Assembly: GCF_009914755.1 (NCBI RefSeq)
Contig: NC_060925.1
Source: the human T2T-CHM13v2.0 reference genome, Homo sapiens
Length of the DNA: 64,000 bases
Strand: one strand, 5' to 3'
Part shown: piece after piece, positions 18,621 to 29,270 of the stretch
How positions within the stretch are numbered: position 1 is the first letter of the stretch
Layout: each line of letters starts with the position of its first letter
Notes under the pieces: generated by a model
Told to the model about the DNA's origin: nothing
Databases searched by the model: none
Seen by the model: only the letters and a program-made list of their open reading frames with translations
Position numbers and translations under genes: made by a program

Positions 18621-18978
18621 AAAAACACACCAATCAGCGCTCTGTGTCTAGCTAAAGGTTTGTAAACACACCAATCAGCACTCTGTAAAATGGACCAATC
18701 AGTGCTCTGTAAAATGGACCAATCAGAAGGATGTGGGCGGGGACAAATAAAGGAACAAAAGGTGGCCACCCCAGCCAGCAGCGGCAACCCGCTCAGGTCC
18801 CCTTCCACGCTGTGGAAGCTTTGTTCTTTTGCTCTTCACAATAAATCTTGCTGCTGCTCACTCTTTGGGTCCATGCCACCTTTAAGAGCTGTAACACTCC
18901 CCGCAAAGGTCCACAGCTTCATTCTTGAAGTCAGCAAGACCAAGAACCCACCAGAAGGAACCAACTCTGGACACATCT

Positions 18979-18996
18979 TGGCAACCACAAAGGGAC
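18979..18996 (+). other. Primer binding site, tRNA-Arg type
   Basis: TGGCAACCACAAAGGGAC, 3 nt after the 5' LTR. Differs from TGGCGACCACGAAGGGAC (complement of a tRNA-Arg(TCG) 3' end) by two CpG-type changes. ERV9 is Arg-primed. Confidence 0.8.
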
Positions 18997-20036
18997 CATC
19001 GCCAAGCAGTGAGTACCATCGGACCCCTTTTGCTTACTATTCTGTCCTATTTTTCCTTAGAATTTGGGGGCTAAATACCAGGCACCTGTTGGCCAGTTAA
19101 AAGCGACTAGCGCAGCCGCCGGACTAAAGACCCAGTTGTCAGGCTTTCTGGGAAAGAGCTTTCTAACAACCCCCAACTCTTCAAAGTTGGCAGCACTGGT
19201 TTGCTTGGAACCAGCTTCCGCTTTTCCTGTACTTCCAGGCTGAGCCGACGGTCAACAGAGAGGAAAGACATTCAGCTCCAGGGTCCTGACAAAAAGTTGG
19301 TTGGCCCTGTAGCCATGATCGGAACTCTCAAAGTTACATCACCCAAGCGAGACTCGCCCATCTATCCTATCTATCCTGACCCTTGCCTCCTGGGTTCTAA
19401 CGCCTGTCAGACAAACTTCCTCTCGCCTCTTTTCTCCGAGACTAGTCCCGCTTCTAAAAACCACTCCCTGTCTCTGGTGCTTTTCTAGTTTCTCCTATAA
19501 GAGTGATTTCTAGTATAAACTTCAGGACTCTGTTATCTTCTTTAGGCACCTGAGCTCACCAATCATAAAGACATAATTTTTGCCCAAAGCCCCATCAGGT
19601 GGGGGGGACTATCTGGAATTTTAGGATCCTTCCTCAGACTAGCAGGCCTAACAAAAGCTATTACTGAAACTAGGCTATGGGGAGCCTCAGAAATGATATC
19701 CTTCCTATTCATATGATGAGAAATGAGGACAAAAGGCATCACCCTTCCAACCCTGGAGATCCCTTCCCTCCCTCAGGGTATGGCCCTCCACTTCATTTTT
19801 GGGGCATAACATCTTTATAAGACAGGAGAAAGGTCCCAATACTAACAAGAGAACACTTAGGACTCTAACAGGTTTTTGAGAATGAGTCAGTAAGAGCCAC
19901 TAAATCCAATTTTTCTCGGTACTCTTTGTGGTCTAGGAGGACAGGCAAGGGTGCAGGTTTTCAAGAATGCGTCGGTAAGGGCCACTAAATCCGACCTTCC
20001 TCAGTCCTCCTTGTGGTCTAAGGAGGAAAACTAGTG

Positions 20037-20355
20037 TTTCTGCTGCTGCGATGCTGAGCGCAACTTTTCCAATCAGCAGGGTCCAGGGACCATTGCGGGT
20101 TCTTGGGCAAGAGGGGTTTCTGCTGCTGCGTCAGTGAGCGCAACTATTCCGATCAGCAGGGTCCAGGGACCATTGCAGGTTCTTGGGCAAGAGTGATTTC
20201 TGCTGCTGCATCAGTGAGTGCAACTAGTCCGATCAGCAGGGTCCAGGGACCATTTGGGTTCTTGGGCAAGAAGAGTTTCTGCTGCTGCATCGGTGAGCAC
20301 AACTATTCCAGTCAGCAGGGTCCAGGGACCGTTGTAGGTTCTTGGGCAAGAGGGG
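20037..20355 (+). repeat. Four tandem ~80-bp repeats in the ERV9 leader
   Basis: Units start TTTCTGCTGCTGC at 20037, 20117, 20197 and 20276, each containing ATCAGCAGGGTCCAGGGACC-like ...TTCTTGGGCAAG. Confidence 0.9.
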
Positions 20356-20396
20356 AAAACAAACAAACCAAAACCACCGGCGTTTTTTTCTTTCAG

Positions 20397-21902
20397 ATAG
20401 TAAACACTCAGGCATTAACAGGCTCACCCTTGAAATGCATCCTAAGCCATTGGGACAGGCATTAACAGGCTCACCCTTGAAATGCATCCTAAGCCACTGG
20501 GACCAATTTGACCCGCAAACCCTGAAAAAGCAGCAGCTTATTTTTTTCTGCACTATGGCCTGGCCCCAATATTCTCTGTCTGATGGGGAAAAAATGACCA
20601 CCTGAGGAATGTATAAATTAAAATACTATACTACAGTTTGACCTTTTCTGTAAGAGGGAAGGCAAATGGAGTGAAACACCTTATGTCCAAGCTTTCTTTT
20701 CATTGAAGGAGAATCCACAACTATGCAAAGCTTGCAATTTACATCCCACAAGAGGACCTCTCAGCTTACCCCCATATCCTAGCCTCCCCATAGCTCCCCT
20801 TCCTATTAAAGATAAGCCTCCTCTAATCTCCCCCACCCAGAAGGAAACAAGCAAAGACATCTCCAAGGGACCACAAAAACCCTCTGGCTATCGGTTATGT
20901 CCCCTTCAAGCTGTAGGGGGAGGGTAATCTGGCCCAATCCGGGTACATGTCCCCTTCTCCCTCTGATTTACAGCAGATCAAGGCAGACCTGGGGAAGTTT
21001 TCAGATGATCCTGATAGGTATACAGATGTCCTACAGGGTCTAGGGCAAACCTTCTATCTCACTTGGAGAGATGTTATACTATTGTTAGATCAAACCCTGG
21101 CCTTTAACAAAAAGAATGTGGCTTTAGCTGCAGCCCAAGAGTTTGGAGATACCTGGTATCTTAGTCAAGTAAATGACAGAATGACAGCTGAAGAAAGGGA
21201 CAAATTCCCTACCAGTCAGCAACCCATCCCCAGTATGAATCCCCACTGGGACGTCGACTCCGATCATGGGGACTGCAATCACAAACATCTGTTGACCTGT
21301 GTTCTAGAAGGACTAAGGAAAATTAGGGAAAAGCCCATGAATTATTCAATGATGTCCACCATAACTCAGGGAAAGGAAGAAAATCCTTCTGCCTTCCTCG
21401 AGTGGCTATGGGAGGCCTTAAAAAAATATACTGCCCTGTCACCCAACTCACTTGAGGATCAACTGATCCTAAAAGATAAGTTTATTACCCAATCAGTCAC
21501 AGATATCAGGAGAAAGCTCGAAAAGCGAGCCCTGGGCTCTGAACAAAATCTGGAGGCATTATTAAACCTGGCAACCTTGGTGTTCTATAATAGGGACCAA
21601 GAGAACAGGCCAAAAAGGAAAAGAGAGATCAGACAAAGGCCACAGCCTTAGTCATGGCCCTCAGACAAACAAACCTTGGCAGTTCAGAGAGGACAGAAAA
21701 TGGAGCAGGCCAGTCACCTGGTTGGGCTTGTTACCAGTGTGGTTTGCAAGGACACCGTAAAAAAGATTGTCCAACAAGAAACAAGCTGCCCACCCTGCCA
21801 TGTCCACTACACCAAGGCAATCACTGGAAGGCACACTGCCCCAGAGGACAAAGGTTCTCTGGGCCAGAAGCCCCCAACCAGATGATCCAACAACAGGACT
21901 GA
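20397..21902 (+). pseudogene. ERV9 gag, disrupted
   Basis: MA-like MAWPQY, CA MHR-like ITQGKEENPSAFLE, NC zinc knuckle CYQCGLQGHRKKDC. The start appears mutated (ATA at 20397); several frameshifts; TGA at 21900-21902. Confidence 0.9.
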
Positions 21903-23180
21903 GGGTGCCCAGGGCAAGTGCCAGCTCATGTCATCACCCTCACTGAGCCCCGGGTATGTTTAACCATTGAGGGCCAGGAAATTGACTTCCTGCTGGACAC
22001 TGGCACAGCTTTCTCAGTGTTAATTTCCTGTCCCGGACAGCTGTCCTCAAGGTCCGTTACCATCCGAGGAATCCTGGGACAGCCTGTAATCAGGTATTTC
22101 TCCCACCTCCTCAGTTGTAATTGGGAGACTTTGCTCTTTTCACATGCCTTTCTTGTTATGCCTGAAAGTCCCATACCCTTATTAAGGAGGGACATATTAG
22201 CCAAAGCTGGAGCTATTATCTACATGAATATGGGAAACAAGTTACCCATTTGTTGTCCCCTGCTTGAGGAGGGAATCAACCCTGAAGTCTGGGCACTGGA
22301 AGGAACAAACTCAAGCTCCAGCCCTAAGCCTTCCCATAGGACAAAACTTCTCTTTACACGTCACAGAGAGGGCAGGAATAGCTCTTGGGGTCCTTACTCA
22401 GACTCGTGGGACAACCTCACAACCAGTGGCATACCTAAGTAAGGAAACTGATATAGTAGCAAAACGCTGGCCTCACTGTTTATGGGTAGTTGCGGCGGTG
22501 GCCGTCTTAGTGTCAGAGGCTATCAAAATAATACAAGGAAAGGATCTTACTATCTGGACTACTCATAATGTAAATGGCATACTAGGTGCCAAAGGAAGTT
22601 TATGGCTATCAGACAACCGCCTGCTTAGATACCAGGAGCTACTCCTTGAGGGACTGGTGTTTCAAATATGCAGGTGTGTGGCCCTCAACCCTGCTACTTT
22701 TCTCCCAGAGGATGGGGAACCAATCGAGCATGACTGCCAACAAATTATAGTCCAGACTTACGCTGCCCAAGAGGATCTCTTAGAAGTCCCCTTAGCTAAT
22801 CATGACCTTAACCTATATAACGATGGAAGTTCATTTGTGGAGAATGGGATACAAAGGGCAGGTTATGCCATAGTTAGTGATGTAACAGTACTTGAAAGTA
22901 AGCCTCTTCCCCCAGGGACTGGCGCCCAGTTAGCAGAACTAGTGGCACTTCCCTAAGCCTTAGAACTGGGAAAGGGAAAAAGAATAAAAGTGTACACGGA
23001 TAGCAAATATCCTTATCTAATCCTACATGCCCATGCTGCAATATGGAAAGAAACGGAGTTCCTAACCACTGGGGGAACCACCATTAAATACCACAAGGAA
23101 ATCATGGAGTTACTGCATGCAGTGCAAAAACCCAAAGAGGTGGCAGTCTTACACTGCCGAAGCCATCAAAAAAGGGAAGG
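21903..23180 (+). pseudogene. ERV9 protease fused directly to RT-connection/RNase H (RT core deleted at ~22305)
   Basis: LLDTG protease active site. After EVWALEG the sequence jumps to QAPALSLP...QPVAYLSK...DGSSFV...AQLAEL...YTDSKY. No YxDD region and no integrase. Confidence 0.88.
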
Positions 23181-23429
23181 AGAGAGGAGAACAGCAGCAT
23201 AAGCGGCTGGCAGAGGCAGGGAAAGACCAGCAGAAAGGAGAGAGAAAGGGACAGAAAGTCAGAGAGACTGAGAGAGAGGAAGAGACAGAGACAAAGAGGG
23301 AGTCAGAGAAAGAGAGAGAGAGAGAAAGAGAGAGACAGAAAGTCAAAGAGAGAAAGGAAGAAACAGACAAAGAGGGAGTCAGAAAGAGAGAAAGAGAAAG
23401 ACAAGTCAAAGAGAAAGAGAGATGGAAGT

Positions 23430-23460
<31 letters not shown>
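23170..23460 (+). repeat. Purine-rich (AG) low-complexity tract ending in a ~28-nt A run, inside the provirus
   Basis: GAGAGAAAGAGAGACAG-like repeats; A-run at 23433-23460. Confidence 0.9.
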
Positions 23461-23940
23461 CAGTGTACCCTATTCCTTTAAAAGCCAGGGTAAATTTAAA
23501 ACCTATAATGATAATTGAAGGTCTTCTCTGCAACCCTGTAACACTCCAATACCACCTTGTTGTCAGTGTAAACAAGGGCGTAGCCTGAAAGCACTGAGGC
23601 CACTGACAACCCATAGCCTTCCTATCAAAAATCCTTAACCCAGCAGGTTTCCTAGCAGGGAATCTAAATCTTAACTAATTACCATACAAAAGTCCAACCA
23701 GACCTAGAAGGAACTCCCTTCAGGACAGTTCCTCCCAGGCAATTAAGGAAAAAAGACACAATGGTATTCAGTAAGTGATAAGGAAGCAGACTTAGGAAAA
23801 TCGCCTAACAATTGGTCTGCTCCAACGTGCCACTTGTTGGCACTCAGCCAAACCTTAAAGTACTTACAGAATCAGGAGGGAGCCATCCATACCACTTCTA
23901 AGTGAATATGGACTGAACGAGGTTTTATTAATAGCAAAGA
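23461..23940 (+). pseudogene. Second, highly deleted pol remnant of a different class I ERV (HERV-I/HERVIP10-like)
   Basis: Hand translation gives, in order, YPIPLKARVNLKPI, PCNTPI, VSVNKGVA, QPIAFLSKILNPAGFL, NYHTKVQPDL, KRHNG, PNNWSA, LKYLQNQEG, IWTERGFINSK. These are RT-start, connection and RNase H motifs. Confidence 0.7.
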
Positions 23941-24049
23941 AAAATTAAAATCCCAAACTTAGAAGGTTTTCAACGAAAGTAAAGTTTGCTAAAAGTTAAC
24001 AGTGTAACACGTATTATCCTACCTTCAAATCTTATAGAAATCAGACCCT

Positions 24050-24790
24050 ATCAGTGTCCCACAAAGCTCAAGTCTGTCAGCACAGGGCCATACAACTAAT
24101 ATCCCTACTTATAGGGTTAGAAATGGCCACTGCTACAGGAACCAGAAAAGCAGGTTTATCTACTTCATTATCCTCCTACCACACACTCTCAAAGGATTTC
24201 TCAGACAGTTTGCAAGAAATAACAAAATCTATCCAGTAAGGATACAATCCCAAATACACTCTTTGGCAGCAGTGACTCTCCAAAACTGCCAAGGCCTAGA
24301 CCTCCTCACTGCTGAGAAAGGAGGACTTTGCACCTTCTTAGGGGAAGAGTGCTGCTTTTACACTAACCAGTCAGGGATAGTATGAGATGCCACCCGGCGT
24401 TTACAGGAAAAGGCTTCTGAAATCAGACAACGCCTGTCAAACTCTTATAACAACCTCTGGAGTTGGGCGACATGACTTCTTCCCTTTCTAGGTCCCGTGA
24501 CAGCCATCTTGCTATTACTCGCCTTCAGGCCCTGTATTTTTAACCTCCTTGTCAAATTTGTTTCCTCTAGGATCCAGGCCATCAAGCTACAGATGGTCTT
24601 ACAAATGGAACCCCAAATGAGCTCAACCAACAACTTCTACCGAGGACCCCTGGACCGACCCACTGGCCTTTTGACTGGCCTAAAGAGCTTCCCTCTGGAG
24701 GACACTACAACTGCAGGGTCCTTTCTTCACCCCATCCAGCAGGAAGTAGCTAGAGCAGTCATCGCCCAATTCCCAATAGGAGTTGGGTTG
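24050..24790 (+). pseudogene. ERV9 env transmembrane remnant
   Basis: Immunosuppressive-domain-like [17 protein letters not shown] followed by CTFLGEECC (CX6CC) from 24278. TM/cytoplasmic tail LVKFVSSRIQAIKLQM. Stops present, SU missing. Confidence 0.9.
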
Positions 24791-24809
24791 TCCTGTTTAG
24801 AGAGGGGAC

Positions 24810-25572
24810 TGAGAGGTGAAGCCAGCTGGATTTCCTGGGTCAAGTGGGGACTTGGAGAACTTTTGTGTCTAGCTAAAGGATTGTAAATGCACCAAGCAGC
24901 ACTCTGTAAAAACGCACCAATCAGCGCTCTATGTATAGCTAAAGGATTGTAAATGCACCAATCAGCACTCTGTAAAAACACACCAATCAGCACTCTGTCT
25001 ACCAAAAGGATTGTGAATGCACCAATCAGCACTCTGTAAAAACGCACCAATCAGCACTCTGGGTCCAGCTGAAGGACTGTAAATGCACCAATCAGCACTC
25101 TTTAAAAATGCACCAATCAGCACTCTGTAAAAACGCACCAATCAGCACTGAGTCTAGCTAAAGGACTGTAAATGCACCAATCGGCACTCTGTAAAAACAT
25201 ACCAATCAGCGCTCTGTGTCTAGCTAAAGGTTTGTAAACACACCAATCAGCACTCTGTAAAACGGACCAATCAGCACTCTGTAAAATGGACCAATCAGCA
25301 CTCTGTAACATGGACCAAACAGAAGGACATAGGCGGGGACAAATAAGAGAATAAAAGCTGGCCAACCCAGCCAGCAGCAGCAACCCGCTCAGGTCCCCTT
25401 CCATGCTGTGGAAGCTTTGTTCTTTCATTCTTCACAATAAATCTTGCTGCTGCTCACTCTTTCGGTCCGTGCCACCTTTAAGAGCTGTTAACACTCACCA
25501 CGAAGGTCTGCAGCTTCATTCTTGAAGTCAGCGAGACCAAGAACCCACCAGAAGAAACCAACTCCAGACACA
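24810..25572 (+). mobile_element. 3' LTR12 (uninterrupted, 763 bp)
   Basis: Preceded by the polypurine tract AGAGAGGGGA (24799-24808). CCAAT repeat array, AATAAA TATA-like box at 25350-25355, polyA signal at 25436-25441. Confidence 0.94.
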
Positions 25573-26096
25573 CAAGGACTGTCAGAATCATTTGATCTGG
25601 GGTTACTCAAGGATCTGACCATTTATAGGCTTTCCAGTTAAAGGGGTGCTAGGGTCCCCTTGACAATCTGGAGCATGTTCAATTTGTTTTTTAATAACAT
25701 TTTTAATTAATAAATTTTTGATTTTAGGCAGACAGATAAGCATATATTAGTTTTGTATTTTAGACAATAGGAAATGTATATATGACTCAATTCCAGTACT
25801 AGAATAGGTAGCTGAAAATTCTAGAAGATTCCACATTGGTTCAATAATTTTCCTTACTTGAAATTCTTCTCTTTGCTTCCACTGACATACAGCCAAACTG
25901 ATTATTTTGGCTTGACTTTATATTTTATTTAAATGGGTTATTTCTGTCATTTCTGCTATCATTCTGTGTTTAAATTTAAAGGCTCAGTACTATGGAGACA
26001 CATTGTAGGAACATCTATGAGGTGCTGCCAGGGCATCTATTCCCCTCCTTTCCCCTTCCATTACAGATCTACGTAGTTCTTAAAAAGCTAACACAT

Positions 26097-26439
<343 letters not shown>

Positions 26440-27576
26440 CTATGCCAACAGCATACTACATCCCCTTTTCTACTTTGATTAGAATAAACCTCAAGACTTG
26501 ATGAAAAGTATGGAACACAGACCTCTTATTTATTCTTAAGGATATGGTGGGGAAGATGTGAGGCCTGAGACCACTGCAATTTTGCTACTATAAATTTTGC
26601 TGCCATAAATTAGGTTAAGATTCAAGAAAATATAACAATTATAAATGTATAAGCAATCAAGACCGAGCCTCAAAATAAATACATCACGCTAGGTCCAATT
26701 AGGAGAGAGAAGCCACATAGGAAAAGTTTAATATAAAGAACAGTTAACTAAAACAGGGTATTCAAGGAGGAAGAGACTGTCAAGGAAGATGTAAAAAGAA
26801 TTTAAAATAATATAGGAATAGCAGGTAGAAAAGCAGCCATTACCCCTAGGGCTCAGAGTACCAACAAAGAAACTCTACATAAGCCCTCTTCCCCAGTGTT
26901 GAGATCAGACCTTGTTGGAGAGGGTACAGTCTGGGCTCACTGAAAAAGAAATCACTCTACTGCCGTGCCAGTGGTATATACTGAAAATCTGCCCTCTGGA
27001 ACTTGCCAGAAATTCTCCCTCTAGGATAGCAGGGAGGCTATTTACGGGGAGGTATTTCATCAGAAGCTTCACTATAGAACCATCCAAAGAGAGGCCAGCT
27101 GGGGAAAAACACTGCAGACCACCATGTATTGCAATACCTGGCCACTTGAGAAGCTACAAGGGCTTCAGAAGCCTGGTGCTGGAAAAAGTCAAATGAATAC
27201 ATTGGTACCTGGAAGCAAAATCTGTTCCCCTGCAGTATTTCTTCAGGGTCCTCTAATATACAAAGCTTCAGTGCCAGGTAGAGAAAAAAAATTTAAGGGT
27301 TTAAGTCAATTTCCACAGAACAGGAAAGAAGATTGAATTTGGTTAGGTGCAATAAATTGATAACCATCAGATTATATGAAGCAAAACCTGATATTAATGA
27401 AAGAAGAAATAATTCAATAATTATAATTAGACATTTAAATACCTTTCTCTTAGTAATCAGTAAAACAACCAACCCTCCCAAAAGAATACAATCAGAATGC
27501 ACAAGACTTGAACATTATCAACTTAAATGACAGAAATAGATTGACATAGATTAACACAATCAATGACAGCAAAATA

Positions 27577-28305
<729 letters not shown>

Positions 28306-28639
28306 CACACAATCTTTTCAAGTGCACTGGAACATCCTCAAGATCATAGGATAGGCCACAAACAAGTCTCAATAAATGTAAAAAAGTTAAAATCCTACAA
28401 ATTATGTTCTCTCACCACAACAGAATTAAATTAGAATTAACTTTAGAAAGAAATATAGGAAATCCCCAAATATTTGGAAATAAGTTATTTCAAAAGAACC
28501 CATGGTCAAAGAAGAAATCAAACCAAAAAAATTAGACAATATCTTAAAATTAATGGTAACAAAAAATAACATCAAAACTCATGAAATAGGGCAAAGTCAG
28601 TGGGAAGATGGAAATTTACACCTTTAAAAGCTTGTATTA

Positions 28640-28701
28640 AGCTTTGCACATTGGCAGTATCGCAGCCAATGAGATTTATCCAAGGCATGATTATTGCTAA
28701 T
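28640..28701 (+). pseudogene. U4 snRNA retropseudogene, 3'-truncated (U4 nt ~1-62)
   Basis: AGCTTTGCACATTGGCAGTATCGCAGCCAATGAGATTTATCCAAGGCATGATTATTGCTAAT matches the U4 5' half. 14-bp TSD AAAAGCTT(G/A)TATTA at 28626-28639 and 28703-28716. Confidence 0.92.
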
Positions 28702-28764
28702 AAAAAGCTTATATTAGGAAAAAATATCTGTAATCAATCATCTATGCTTCCATCTCAAGAAGCT

Positions 28765-28979
<215 letters not shown>

Positions 28980-29022
28980 GGAGAAGCTGAAAAAGGAAGA
29001 GCAAAGCATAGGCAAAGTAGGT

Positions 29023-29270
29023 ACAGGTTGAATATCCCTAATCCAAAAACATGAAATCTGAAATGTCCCAAAATCTAAAACTTTTTGAATGCTGACATTA
29101 TGCCACAAGTGGAAAATTCCACACTTAACGTCATATGATGGGTCACAGTCAAAATGCAGGCACACAACAAACAAGTTTATTCAGTGTCCCCACAGGAAAA
29201 AAAAAAAAAAGACGTTCTCCATCCCCATCAGCTGCAATATATCTTTTCTGAGCACACCCATATTCCCAGC
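29023..29270. mobile_element. Tigger4-like fragment
   Basis: TA-CAGGTTGAATATCCCTAATCC terminus and GCCACAAGTGGAAAATTCCACAC motif. Confidence 0.6.

Larger units (their letters stand above)
15917..18975 (+). mobile_element. 5' LTR12, split by the STRADB retrocopy (LTR parts 15917-16415 and 18632-18975)
   Basis: Tandem GCACCAATCAGCACTCT (CCAAT/NF-Y-type) U3 repeats on both sides of the insert. GC box at 18735-18741, polyA signal AATAAA at 18840-18845. Colinear with the 3' LTR. Confidence 0.93.
15917..25572 (+). mobile_element. ERV9 (HERV9/LTR12) provirus, internally deleted, antisense in SPATA6 intron 3
   Basis: Two LTRs, each TGAGAGGTGA...GACACA. 4-bp TSD CAAG at 15913-15916 and 25573-25576. 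PBS, gag, pro, RNase H, env-TM remnants and PPT occur in the expected order. Confidence 0.95.

Noticed and set aside
24050-24886. env remnant as a syncytin-like gene
   Set aside because: No signal peptide or SU; stops and frameshifts within TM.
15917-25572. Idea that the retrovirus transduced STRADB like a viral oncogene
   Set aside because: The insert is only in the 5' U3, which is not part of genomic RNA, is absent from the 3' LTR, and has its own polyA and TSD typical of L1 retrotransposition.
26690-27300. Possible ancient LTR fragment
   Set aside because: It looks LTR-like, but I could not assign a family or ends with confidence.
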